Below, piece after piece: positions 26,544 to 39,719 of a stretch of DNA of 64,000 bases. This DNA comes from Camelus ferus (Eukaryota). A program made the translations under genes and the position numbers. Under the pieces are notes generated by a model that saw only the letters and a list, made by a program, of their open reading frames with translations, ran no database searches and had not been told where the DNA came from. Numbering within the stretch: the stretch's first letter is position 1; the number at the start of each line of letters is the position of its first letter. Location of the stretch: assembly GCF_009834535.1 (NCBI RefSeq), contig NC_045697.1, positions 81,036,001-81,100,000 of the forward strand. The letters run 5' to 3'.

Positions 26544-28445
26544 CCTAAATATACCCAGTTGATTTAAGAAATGATATTACGTGAAGAGGGAAGATTCGGA
26601 GCAGTAAGACTGTATCAAAGCTGATCAAAAAGCATAGCTTAAGAATTCATTGCCTTTACTGTGCTTGCTATTACATACACAAGAAATTAATTTCTAGCAT
26701 TTACTTGCAGCAATGTGGTATGGACTAGCAATCCTCATGTTGAAGGTTATGGCTTCTAAAGAAACTAGGACAGTCTGCAGGTTTTTAAGGAAATGAAAGC
26801 TGCTACTCTGAAGAACGGCATCAGTGCCTTTTTTGAAAGAATAATCTTCTCTTTCCTCATATCTCCGTTCTTTCATCATTTTCCCTAGATTTTTTCAATA
26901 TCCTTGATGTCACCTCAGTTCTTTCACCAAAATTTCAACCTCTTTTTTGGATAAGACTACTTAACCACATTTTCAACAGTAAGCAACTCCTGATATAGTG
27001 TAATGGTGAGAAACAAAGCTCTCAGTACCTGCATGTGATGGGTAGGAATGTCAGGGACATTCTGCAAAAGAGAGCCTCTTTATGGTTTCTGGCTCTGCTT
27101 GCAATTAGAGTCACTTTGGATCAGTCACCTGCTCGTGTTTCAGTTTGTTCCCCAGGAGAATGGAGGTTAATCTAATGTCACATCCCTTTACTATAGTCTT
27201 GAGGGACTGATAATATCTAAATTTGTAACTTGCAAATTGTTGTGAGGTCATTAAAACTAGAGACTTTATATAATTAAGTAGGCAACTTTTCACACTACCC
27301 AGTAAATTAGCTAGAAGCTTTTCACTGCTTTAAGCTTAGTCTAGCGTTTATATTAGTGTGTCAGTTACAACACTGAATGTATGAACTTACTTATTTTGGT
27401 TTATATATACCAATTCTTTGTCTGTGTACCTGAAAGAAGGATATTGCAAACAATGTGGAAACATTTACCAAATATTTACTGCTAATATTTCTGCTACACC
27501 ATTTTATTTTCTTCTACATCTCAGGAAGTCCTAAGCAAGCTCACTATTGACTGTGACTTTGTAATATTACAGAATATATTTTTCCTTCTAACTGTAAAGA
27601 TCACAGCTCCTCAACATTAGCTACCTTGGAGGAAAAAAAATTGCACTTTGAAACAAAGTTGTGATTATGAAACATTTCTTTGTGGTATCTTTTTAGGCAA
27701 ACTGCAAAAAATATATCCATTGTTTATATTTTGATTACTTCATGAGTCTACTTTTTGTTTGTAATATAGGTAAAGCTGTTCTTATTTGAACCCAGGATCA
27801 AGATGACAAAAGGACATTCATGAGATATTCAGGACATCCATGACATGTGGTCAGGGAGTCCTGAACAGGAGACGAGTTTCACCTTCTTATCATCATGTGC
27901 CCCAGAGAATCCTTAACTTCATGTAACACATGCTTCTTCATTGACAAAATGGACCCAGTAATAGAAGGCCCATCACAGTGTATTTGTGAGGGTTCAACGT
28001 GTATTTATTTCATGGAAGGACTTGGCCCAGAACCTCACAAACAAGGCATAAGAAAGGACTGACCAGCAGCCCTGGGAGCTGCAGCCTTTTCCTCTCAGCT
28101 CATTCCCCGTTCCCATGTAACAGTACCTGGTTTGTCTCTTTAGGAAAGCCAGTTTCATTTTTCTCAGCTGAAGCAGACTGTTCTTCAGTATTTCTGGAAA
28201 TAATAGTTTCTATGGAGGCAATTCTCTGAAAAATAAAATGAAAGTAAGTAAACCAACAAAAATCACAACAGATAGAACAAATTTATGGATAAAAATACAA
28301 GCTGTTACAACTGGTCTGCTTTGTTTTCCAGGATATTTGCACCTACATTTCCTAAAGATGACTTAGGCTATGTGGAAAAAAAACCCCTGAAAATCTGTGA
28401 GGCAAATTATAAATTTCTTACTGATTGCTTTACAATTAAAAAGAT

Positions 28446-28546
28446 TGTATATGTCCATGAATGACTGAAAAATTGTGCTGAACACTGGAATTTGACACAT
28501 TGTAAAATGATTATAAATCAATAAAAAATTTAAAAAAAATAAAAAG
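28446..28546 (+). mobile_element. Very short young L1 3' end (camelid type)
   Basis: 'tgtatatgtccatgaatgactgaaaaattgtgctgaacactggaatttgacacattgtaaaatgattataaatcaataaaaaa' plus A-rich tail. Confidence 0.8.
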
Positions 28547-28984
28547 AAATTTTGTTGTGTATGTATTGTGTCCCAGCCCCTGAGCTGTGTGCTGGGCATT
28601 CAGTAGGAAACGCACTGTGCTATAGATGCTAGAGCCCGTCTCCTGCTGTCTGGCCGCTTGCAGTGAAGTGGTAAAAAAGATGTGAATCACATAATTATGA
28701 GTGTGACAAGGGTGGGGAAGGGGAAGGGAAAGGGCTAGGTAAGAGGGGAACAGAGTAAAGGAATTACCTAATCTGGCTTGGCCATAAATTCTCTCTGGAG
28801 TAGGGAATCTATTATTCCAACCCTAATAAAGAGCCCAATTGCATCAGAGGTGGTTAGCTTGCTTTACTAAAAAGGATTGCTGAGCCTCATCATCAAGAGT
28901 TATTTTTTTTTTAATTTACTAACATTATAAATAGAGACTACTTTTTTTTTTTTTAAACTTTGTTATCTACAATTTAATGTTAAC

Positions 28985-29185
28985 CGTGATTTGGCGAACA
29001 CTTGCTATTGGCTAATGATGTTGTAGGTGCTTTACAGGATTTTAACACAACTCTGTGAAGTTTTATTCCCATTTGGTCTATACAGAAACTGTGAGAGGTA
29101 CAGAACTGAAGTAACGTTTCCAGTGGCACACAGGCAGGAAGGGGCGGAGCTGAGACGGGTGCCCAGGTCTGGTGTCTCCAATGCG
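28985..29185 (-). mobile_element. MIR SINE
   Basis: 'cacaactctgtgaag..tacagaaactgtgagaggtacaga..agtaacgtttccagtggcacacag..ggcggagctgaga..cccaggtctgg'. Confidence 0.7.
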
Positions 29186-30265
29186 GACAAGCTTCGCGAT
29201 TCTCAGGGCAGTAGAGTGAGTGTTTTCATCAGCGAAGCTGGTATTTGCTATTCTTTAAAATATGTCCACACATCTTTAACACTGCATCTGATCAAGATTT
29301 GCTTAGAATAGGAATTTTTAGATACTAAGATGAAACCAATTGTTGAGTTGTCACTGAACTAAAAGATGAGAATGTACACTCCACGAGGAGGGATCGTGAA
29401 CCTAAGTTCCTTGACCAGTGCCTGGCGCTGCAAAGCATCTGTTGAATTAAGAAAATGACAAGTGAGAAAAATAAGCCCAAAACAAAAGAATCACATTTAT
29501 TATTGGGAAGGAGAGAAGATGCAACACTTACTTGCATTTGAGGTGGTTAACGTCTTTCAAATTCTTTTGAATCAAGTTAAGTTATCAGATTGCTTTAATT
29601 GGTGAAATTATGAATTTAGAAATTATTTAAAGCCCTGATAAAGGATTCTGAGGCCAATATCCTGATCAAAAATAATGGGAAGACAGGTAAGTTGCTTGCT
29701 ATGTAGTGGAGTCGGTTCATTTTTTAGAGTAATATGGTGATGAAGTGGAAAGTTGTGTGTACAAGGATGAAATGACAATGATTTTAGGTTGGGGGATAGT
29801 TTTATGGGGATGGCTTCTTAATATTGAAATAGACTATTTTACATATCTGTTTCCCTACGTGAAAAAATCTGAGAGCCTGGACAGTTTTCCAGGAGTGTCA
29901 GAACAGCACATTTAACATGTAAAACGAATTAGAAATAAAATCACAGTTCAAAAAAACAAGATATTACCCTATTTTAAAGATATGATCCTACAGGATTGCT
30001 GTTTGTATTTATTCAGTCACTTAGCCACTCAAGAAATACTTAATAGAAAGAAAGACTGCTTTACTAGAACTGATTTTAAGCTTTGGTCATGAAGTTGAAG
30101 TTTGCTAAGCATGAAATGTTCAATCAGCACAACTGCCTTACCCTGGTAAAGGATTTCTATTTAAATGAAAATATTTCATGTGACTTGATCCCAAATCATT
30201 GATTTCACCCATACCTTTTTTTTTTTTTTTAACATTTCAGTTATATGAGGTTAGGTAGAATAAGC

Positions 30266-30448
30266 CTATGATTTAAATCCTAGTTGTACATTAGTTTTAC
30301 CTGGAGAACTTTAAAAAACTACTTGATGTCAGGTGCTACTCCAGAACAGGTGACTGAGACTTTCAGAAGGTAGGTCTGAGTACTGATATTTTTCAGTTTA
30401 AAAAGTCCCCCGAATGGTTCTACTCTGTAGCAGGGTTAGGAATCCTGA
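30266..30448. mobile_element. MER5-family hAT MITE
   Basis: 'gttgtacattagttttacctggagaactttaaaaa..aaaagtcccccgaatggttctact..gcagggttaggaatcctg'. Confidence 0.7.
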
Positions 30449-31989
30449 AACATTGCCCGTTTGTCCTAAGTCAGGGGGAGTAGCGCCCCGCCAAGAGGAA
30501 GCATTTCATAACTTGATCTTGTATTCCATTAACGTAATTTTAATTCCTTCTAAATAATTTAAAGGCGAAAACCTAAGCAGCAAAAATATTTTCGTCTCAA
30601 ATCTCATGCCGAATGAGGGAGGCTACGTATAACAGCTTTTCAGCTAGGACTTACAGAAATTAGCACTTGATCTGAGGAGATGTACACGTTACTTCTGAAA
30701 GCCTTATTGATGCCAAGCCTAGTGTGAGGAAGGAAGCCATGTTAATCACACGGTTTCAGGTCCATTAGAAACGCCATGGAGGGAGAGAAATTCCTTTTTG
30801 CCAAATGGAAAATGTCAAAAAATCAGCAGGGTAAAAAAGAATTGGATTTTCATGCTTCTAAGAAGGGGAAAAGAGAAGCAAAGTAGAAACAAAAAACATG
30901 ATAGCTGATTCTACAAAGTCAGTCAGTTTAGCAAGTGTCCATTCTTAATTCAAAGATAGTACTCTGTTTAATAGATCATTTCTTTAGAATAAAGATATCC
31001 CCTTCTCCTGAATCATATCTTCTCTCTACCTACTGTTTCAAACTACAGATCTAGACTTGGTAAACCATGAATCTGTCCTTACCTGCTGGCTTAAATCTTT
31101 CAATTCATATTCCGTCTGTTCTTTTCGGGTGTTAATTGTCTCTACATCCGTCTGCTCACTGGCATTGTTAAAAGATACTGTTAAAAGAAAAAGACAGACA
31201 GTGAGATCACTTTTGAAATATTTTTCAGAACATGATGGATTTTCATCACTAGAGTATATGCAATACCATACTTATTATATAAATAAGTTACATACCTTAG
31301 GATAAACAATGTAATGAGGCTTAATAATTAATCATTTAGAATTATCCTGAGAATTTTGAATTTATAATTATAAATGCAAGCATACCTAATCAAATGGAAT
31401 TGATGTTTTCTAGCAAAGTTGGTTATTAGAAAATGATTGTTAAAAGAACGATTATTTATTACCATCTTTGAGGAAAATAATAATCAAGGTAAATTTATAT
31501 CCCATATGAACTAATATGAATATACATAATGTGAATACACAATGATGCACCCAATAACACAATAACACTGAAATATCAGAAAACTCTAGCCATGGAAGGG
31601 TATTACATGGCATTTGGCTCCAATACCGAGGGCATGTTGGAGACTACAACCCATAATTTGCGTGCTGAAAGATGGATCCCTCTCCCCCACTGACATTTCC
31701 CAGCTGCTCCGGGCCACTCCTCCTCTACTGCCTGTTTTCCTGAGCACCTACTAAACCACTTTTTGATTTTTGAAATCCTGCTTCCTTTCTCCTTCCTTTT
31801 ATATATACATATAATAGTATGAAAACCAAATTGCAATGTTTAGCATCACACCATGGTGTCTAACAATATTGCATATACCATATTTAGCATAAAGTTTTAT
31901 TTAAGTGGAAACATCTTCATGTTTTAAATACCAAGTTTCATTGCCTATGGAGATCTGGAGATAATAACTGATTTTATTTAAAATGAATT

Positions 31990-32200
31990 GTGGTTTCTAG
32001 TTTCAGATGCCCAGCTTTGAATCCTAGCTTGGCCACTTACTTATCTTCCTTGTCCTTAAGTTCATCTTCTGGAAGATTGGGACAGTAATAGTACCTGTTT
32101 ATATGATTATTATGAGAATTAACTGAGTTTTAATATACATAAAACTCTAAGACTAGTGCCTGGCATAAAATAAGCATTGTTTAGCGGTATGCTATTACCA
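31990..32200 (+). mobile_element. MIR SINE
   Basis: 'ttgaatcctagcttggccacttac..aatagtacct..atgagaattaactgag..agtgcctggcataaaataagca'. Confidence 0.85.
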
Positions 32201-33530
32201 ACATATTTGCTATTATCAATATTATTAGTATGTAGTAGTACTTTGTAATATGATTTCCAAAGAGATCAGTTCTTTTGACATTTAATAACAAAAGGAAAAA
32301 GAGTTAACTTAATTTCCTAAAGGCTTTACTTTAAGATCTAAAGAAATTAAGCACAGCACGGTGAAAAGGGAACATGCAATAGATAAACACATATAAAGAA
32401 TATTCTATTGAATATTGAAAATACAAATTTGCTTCATACTGCATATTCTGAAGATACCTATCAGCATCATTCTGAGGGTCTGACTCTTGGGATGTGGTAC
32501 ATATAGCTCATTGACAGATAGTGTGTAGCACTGCCCACTAAAGTAGAAGATGATCATTTGTGATGCACTGCCAGAAGGGTTTACAGAATAAAATTCATGA
32601 GAAGTAAATGAGAAGTATTGTCAGAGTTCTTCATTTACTGCACATAAGAGATTGAGATTTGATGACATATCTGATAGTCAATATAGAAAGCTCCAGGTCA
32701 TACTGAAATTCAAGATCTTTTTTATAATTTTAATTAAAATTCAAAGGAGTCTAGTGAATTATACCATTAACCTTTCACCGCTAGAATTCAAGGGATCACA
32801 TTTTAGGTGATGTGAATAATGAGTTTGCTAGTCTCATCCAAATGTCCTTTCATATACCTCCCCATGCCAGGAACAGGATTATTAAATCATCAGACACGTG
32901 GCAGTCTTCAAGGAAAGAAAAGTGGGAAACAGGGACTTCAGGTCAGGACTATCTTTGACCAACAATACTGCATGACAAATTTAGGGAAGTCTTTTCTTGA
33001 TTTAATTCGTTGCTATCAGTAACTGATTTCTTTCTTTCTTTCTTTTAAATCTGGAAATGGTTAAAGGCCTGCCAAGAAGAGGGGAGAAGCAGACTTTTTT
33101 AAATTCAAGAAAACAGAAATTTGTTCAAAAAAATTTTTGCAGGGCTGTGATGTGGCTGATTACATCTGTGTTTGCATTTTGTGATTAAAAAATAACTCGG
33201 GGACTAGTGCTAATCACTGGGCAGATTATTATGGATGTCTGAATTTAACAGCCAAAGGGAAAGAGAAGGAAGGGAAAGAACTTGTGAGGGTTTGAGGAAG
33301 ATTTCTTTACTGAGGTTGAAATATTCCCAGAGAGCACGTAAGAAATGACCTGAATTTAAAAAGCAGGGGGAATTATGGGGAAGATGAAGGCACTGAAATC
33401 AGGGAAACTTTGCTAGTGACTAGAAACGCTGAGGAGAAAGGAGAGAAGCTTTGAACCACCAACGCTGTATGACCAATACCTTCCTTTTCACGTGAGCAGA
33501 ACTGAGATAGCTAAAGAGGAAATGACATGC

Positions 33531-33981
33531 TTTTTTTTTTTAATTGAAGTATAGTTGGTTTACAATGCTGTGCTAGTTTCTAGTTTACAGCATACTGTTT
33601 CAGTTACATATATACCTATATATATTCCTGTCATATTCTTTTTCATTATAGGCATTATAAGATATGAATATACTTCTTTGTCCTGTGTAGTAGGACCTTG
33701 TTGTTTTTCTATTTTATATATACTAGTTAGTATCTGCAAATCCCAAACTCCCAGTTTATCCCTTTCCCCCTCTCCACCCATAACCATAGTTTGTTTTCTA
33801 TGTCTGTGAGTCTGTTTCTGTTTTGTAAATAAGTTCATTTGTGTCATTTCTTTAGATTCTACGTGTAAGTGATATCTTATGGTATTTTTCTTTCTTTCTC
33901 TTTCTGGCTTATTTCACTTAGTATGACAATCTTCAGGTCCATCCATGTTGCTACAAATGGCATGAAAAAAAAAAAAAAAAA
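33531..33981 (-). mobile_element. L1 3' fragment, antisense body, poly(T) at left and poly(A) at right
   Basis: Reverse complement of the same L1 3' sequence seen at ~37340-37785; flanked by AAAGAGGAAATG at 33513-33524 and 33979-33990. Confidence 0.93.
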
Positions 33982-34624
33982 GAGGAAATGCAGCCGCCTT
34001 TCTTTTTCCAAAGAGTAAAGAGGATTTTTAATCATGAACATCTTTGAGGAAATCTGTTGGCAGCCCCCAAGAAAAACACCCAAGGCAGGTAATGACTGGT
34101 GTGTACAGTGAGTTTTTGTGGACGGGCTATTATGAGGAGGAAGGGGTGTTGTCTCCCCCATTAATTATTGTCTGCATGGCAGAGTATCTGGTGGAATTTT
34201 TGCAATGACCTTCTTCCTGCTGGTCTGGATTGGAACAAATACCACTGCCAGATCAATTGGCAAGGGATCTCTGAGGAAGTGTGGACTTCCGAGTAGAAAA
34301 CTAGAAGGCTTGAAGATAGATTTGATTTTCCCTCTTAGAATGGAAGATTAAAACTTTACAGAAGAAAGAAAATTGGGAGTGAACAAAGGATTCCTGTGTA
34401 GAAACACAGGACTTGTTTTCCTTGACATGTTTTAGTCTATGAGAATGTATCCTTGACTTGGATTGAATTATTTGCTAAGGACAAAAAACAGTGACCCAGA
34501 CATTGCTGATATAATCAGTAGGATTTTAATCTAAAAGTAGAAAGAGGGAAGGGAGAGAGAGAAAAAAAACAACAATTGTTTGATTGAATTAAGAAAAAAA
34601 CTAGAGTGCATAGACTATGAGAAC

Positions 34625-34880
34625 TAAATTTTATTGAGCACTAAATATACATTGTTAGTGCTCTGAGATTCTTCCATGCATTAGCTTGTTTAGTCATCTC
34701 CACTAACTTACTGGGTAAGGTTTTCTTTTTTCTTTTTCCCCTTTCTTTCTTTAAATCATCAGATGTAGATGAGGAAAATGGAGCCTGAAGAAATTTTTAA
34801 AAAACCTTGGTCAAGGTTGTATTGTTAGTAAAGATGTAAAATCAGCAGTCTAACTCCTGAGTTCATGGACTTGAATACTA
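34625..34880 (-). mobile_element. MIR SINE nested in the CR1/L3
   Basis: 'tttattgagcacta..gtagatgaggaaaatggagcctga..ttggtcaaggt'. Confidence 0.7.
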
Positions 34881-35216
34881 TTTTGTCTGTCTGGCTGAAA
34901 TAATCACATCACAATAAGAAAGGCGATCACAGAGAAAGTGCCGAGTAATTTGGTGAAGGAAACATGAAGAGCGTCAGGAAACTTATTTATCCTCTCTCTA
35001 ACGTGACCAAGCAGTAAACAAAATGAAAGTAAAATTTACACAGAGGTAAGACTTTCCAGCCAGATGGAGAAAATGGAGGATGGGTTTTAGGAAAAAATTT
35101 AAAAACCTGACAAAGGAAATATACAAGTTCCTGTAGTAATGGAATTTTCTTATCATGAGGATTCATCTGGAAGACAGATTATTTTAAAAGCATACTAGCT
35201 GATGTGTTTGTAACTG

Positions 35217-35663
35217 GTATATCGGCTTACCGAAGTGGAATAACAGAGTACTGTGAACTGAGCGGCTTAAACAGCAGAAATGTATTGCTCCATGGTTCTG
35301 GGGGCTCGAAGTCCAAGATCTGAGTGTTGGTGGGGTTGGCTCCTTCTGAGAGCTGTTTAGAAAATCTGTCCCTTGCCTCTCTCCTAGGTTTACTGACAAT
35401 CTTTGGCATTATTTGCTTTGTAGATGAATTACCCTGATCTCTGCCTTCAAGTTCACATGGGGCTCTCCTTGGGTGTGTCTGTGTCTAAATTTTCCTTCTT
35501 TATAGGACACTGGGCATATTGAAAAAGAGACCCATTCTACTCTGTATGGCTTAACTAATTACATCAGCAATGACATTATTTTCCAACTAGGTCACATGCT
35601 GATATATGAGGGGTTAGAACTTCATTTTTGAATTTTTGTGGGGACACAATTCAACCCATAACA
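35217..35663 (-). mobile_element. MLT1C-like solo LTR nested in the CR1/L3 endonuclease domain
   Basis: 'ggcttaaacagcagaaatgtattg..ttctgggggctcgaagtccaagatc..ggggacacaattcaacccataaca'. Confidence 0.9.
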
Positions 35664-36901
35664 GGGACCTTGAATGACATTTTCATTTTTCAGAACACAG
35701 GACTATAATTAGGGCTAGCACTCTGGACCTAATGGTGACCATCAGATAATGATGGCTGGATATGTGGAAATGTTGGACACAGATGATGGTAACTAAAGCA
35801 GGGAACACCAGGCAGATAAAGTCACATGAGCAGCAGAAAGTGGAGAAATGTGGATAGTAATAGGTAAGAATAATGATATTTATGGAATCTCATCCTGGGA
35901 CTTTAAAAGGAAAAGTAGTTTGGCAGGAATTGAGAACTCAAAAAACAAAAAAAATCCTGCTAATGAACGATTCCAACATGAATGAGTAAAAGTCAGGTGT
36001 GGAGGTGGGGGTGGGCAGATGTAGTGACATTGCTCTTTCTAGAAAGAACACTTTCAAGAGCTCAGGTTTATATTTTAGAACTTTAACTAACACATACGTT
36101 CTAATTGACTTCGAGTGGAATTTGTCATGCACAAGACAGGGAAATTGGTTGACATGACCAAGAACTAATATTAAAAGTGCTGTAAACTTACATAGATTAC
36201 AGCAGGAAATCTATAAGCCTGAATAAAATGTGACTTCAGAAAAATGTCAACAGTACCAAAGGGCTTTTTCCAGCATGTTAAAAGCAAGGAGAAGACAAAA
36301 GTAAGTATAAGCCGGCTGCTTGGGACAGATGGCATAATGTTAACAGACGACAGGGGAGAAACAGAGCTCCTTCACTTCACAGAGCTTTAGCTGCTTTGTC
36401 AAGGAAATGATCCCTCAGCTAGAGAGGGCAGAGCACAGGTCATCAGATGGGAATTGATCAGCAAGAGAGGTGAGATAATTTACAGAGTGGACCTGATGCT
36501 CCAGATGACCCAGATTGGAGCCTCGGTTCTGAGGGAACTTGGGGAAGAGATGTCCACATGTCTGCTGCTAATACATCGTGAAGACTTGTGGAAAATGGAA
36601 GGATGCTAGAAAATTGGAGGCATAAAATAACATCCTGGTTTCCAATAAATAGAAGACAGAATAGATTACCTGTACTGCAGATTGGTGAGCCTGAAGCAAT
36701 TCCAGAACAAGATCTACACAACTGCAGTTTTACAAACTTTGGTTGCCAGTGCCTTATGGTTCTTCATGCCACTGGGGCTCTTACCAGAAATCATAAGGGT
36801 AACAGTGCAAGAGGGAAGGCAGTGGAGGGGGGGCAGTGAGGAAGATGAGGTACAGGGAGAGGCTAAGTACCTGCCCTGAGACCCCAATCAAAACATCAGG
36901 G

Positions 36902-37794
36902 CTCAGTGTAGTTTTGATTTGTGTTTCTCTGATAATTAGCAATATTTAGCATTTTTTCATGAGCCTATTGGCCATTTGTATGAATGGTCATCATTAAAAG
37001 GTCCACAAACAATAAATGCTGGAGAGGCTGTGGAGAAAAGGGAGCCCTCCTACACTGCTGGTGGGACTGTAGTTTGGTGCAGCCATTATGGAAAACTACG
37101 GAAATTCCTCAAAAAACTAAAAATAGACTTACTGTATCATCCAGCAATCCCACTCGTGGGCATATACCTGGAGGGAATGCTAATTTGAAAAGATACATGC
37201 ACCCCAATGTTCTTAACAGCAGTATTTACAACAGCCAAGACATGGAAACAAACTAAATGTTCATTGATAGATGACTAGATAAAGAAGTTGTGGTATATTT
37301 ATACAATAGAATACTACTCAGCCATAAAAAAGAATAAAATAATGTCATTTGCAGCAACATCGATGGACCTGGAGATCATCAATCTAAGTGAAGTAAGCCA
37401 GAAAGAGAAAGAAAAATACCATATGATATCACTTATATGTGGCATCTAAAAAATAAAAAAGACAAATGAACTTATTTACAAAACAGAAACAGACTCACAG
37501 ATATAGAAAACAAGTTTATGATTACTGGGAGGTGAGGGGAGGTGGGTATGAAGGGATAAATTAGGAGTTAAATATTTGCAGATACTAACTACTATATATA
37601 AAATAGATAAATAACAAGTTTATACTGTATAGCACAGGGAACTATATTCAATATTTTATAGTCCCCTATAGTGAAAAAGAATATGAAAATGAATATCTGT
37701 ATATATATGTATGACTGAACTATTACACTGTATACCAGAAACTGACACAACATTGTACCTGACTGTACTTCAATTAAAAAAAAACTTAAAAAAA
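36902..37794 (+). mobile_element. L1 (camelid/artiodactyl type) with 5' inversion (inverted 36902-36982, sense 36983-37794)
   Basis: ORF 36984-37256 ([36 protein letters not shown]) is the L1 ORF2 Cys-rich C-terminus; TSD core CATCAGGGCT at 36894-36903 and 37797-37806. Confidence 0.95.
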
Positions 37795-39719
37795 CCCATC
37801 AGGGCTTTGCTTTTCTTAGATAAGATCTTGGTTGGGATGAAGAGTTCTATCAGTTTTTTTTTTTTAAATCATGAACAAGACCTCACACAAGGGACTAATA
37901 AGCTCTTGATTTGTGACACTTAGGGAGGACTACACTGAGCATCACAGCGAACTGAGTGAGGATCAATAATGAGAATTTTCCTCTCTGCTTTTTTTTTTTT
38001 TTTTTGGTTCTTACTTATTTCCTTCCTCCCCATTCCTCCCTCCCTCTTTCCCTCCCTCCTTTCTTTGTATCTTATTAGTTTTTAATCTCCTTTCTTCCTT
38101 CCCTCCTTTCCTTGCTTGTTAAGTTTACCAGAAATTTTCTAAACACAGAGAACCTGATTTTCTGCAAGACAGTGAAAATAACTTTTAATAGCGTTTTTGT
38201 GGATGAGAATGAGGGATGGCTTCTGGTGTAATTAGGTAAAATAGTGAGTAGTTGATTAATTAGACACAAAGGTTGGAAATTTTATGAGTTGTTAGCACAG
38301 AAAGATATCCAACGTGAAGGCTCAGAGCTCTATTCTCTTCACAGTGATACTTAACATTTTGAATGAATAATTTTATTTCAGTTAATAAGGCATGCTGATC
38401 AAATTGGCGCATTACATGAGGCTGTGAGAAGTAACAAATTTATTCTTAGAGCTTTTCTTCTGAAGTGTTTCAGCGGGCTGGGAGGGGAATTAAACCCATC
38501 TAGGAGCCCAGCAGGCCCAATGACCACACCAGCAGAGGACGTGGGGTCTGTCACCCACTGGGCAAGAGAAGGGGAAGCCTCAGCCCTGCCTCTAGAGAAG
38601 CACCCAAGTGAGGAAGCTGCAGGGGGACCATATGGGCACCTGAAGGTCATTCTCATGGCTGCACGAAAAAAACCAACCTCAGAAGCCATCTATGCCAAGA
38701 GAGACCGCAAGGTACCTGTACCAGCTGGAGGAGCAGATGAAACTGAAGAAATGACATTCTACCTACAATTATGCCGACGTGCACTCAACCATGAGCCATA
38801 CTTCCATTCTGTCCTTGCTGCTCCCAGCTCCTGGCACAAGTCAAGCAGGAAAATTTAAAAAATGGAAACAGGTGGAGTAAGAGGGAAAGACTTTTGAGAA
38901 TTGGAAGAAGATCAGAGAGGGACAGGTAAGCACTGGCTGAGAGATTAATACATTAATTAGGCTGAATATTCACCTAATAGTCAGCTTGTTTTGATTCATA
39001 AGTGATCATATCTGTAAGTAGTGAGATTAGTTACTGCCAAACAGAAAAAAAATCTATAGGGGAATTCAGTTTTGTTAAATATAAAATAAAATAATTCCCT
39101 TCATTCTCTCTCTGTCTCCAACTTATCTGATTTGATGCTGTCCCATTTCACAAGCAAAGCATTTTGAAGAGTACCTGACACTTCATAAATGCTCAATAGA
39201 TGACAGTTTTCCAAATCGAAGTTTTGCTTTCTGGTATGGTGTGTAGGTCACACATGAAAAATTATACATTTATAGTCACTTTATGATGAAAATGAATAAA
39301 CTAGGATATACCCAGAAAAGACTGTCCAAGATGATTTCTGTTATTCTTGTCCCAGGTATAGGGGAGTTAACACCCTCCAAAATGGCTCAATTTTACAACT
39401 AATGTGTACAAAGTAGATGCGGGGAAGGGGGCAAGGATGTGTTTCCCAGGACAGGATGACAGTCTATGGTGTATGGTGAATAAGGAGAGATCGATGCCAG
39501 ATCTAAGCTTGTTGTGGGAGACTTGGAGGAATGGGTTTCCTGTTGTAAGTTGTTGTGAAGAGAGATTATTTTGGAATACTGCCTAGATGTGTAAAGGAAA
39601 AGATCCACGGTAGAAATAACCCCATGCAAATAGAAGAGCTGACTAGGACAGTGGATTTCACAGTGGCATGGGACAAGATGTGGCACTCTGCAGGCATGGG
39701 TTGAAAACTGAATTATTAT

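Larger units (their letters stand above)
34020..36720 (+). mobile_element. Fragmented CR1/L3 LINE fossil (ORF1 esterase, endonuclease, start of RT)
   Basis: Degenerate translations: RKGCCLP, FFLLVWIGTNTTAR, SRKLEGLKIDLIF (ORF1 SGNH esterase); RASTLDLMVT (endonuclease); KGFFQHVKSKEKTKVSISRLLGTDGIMLTDDRGETELL from 36259; ENGRMLENWR..LVSL (RT N-terminus). Confidence 0.8.

Noticed and set aside
36976..37256. ORFs with a Cys/Trp-rich motif (similar ORFs at 4422, 12340 and 63740)
   Set aside because: Frameshifted L1 ORF2 C-terminal remnants, not host genes
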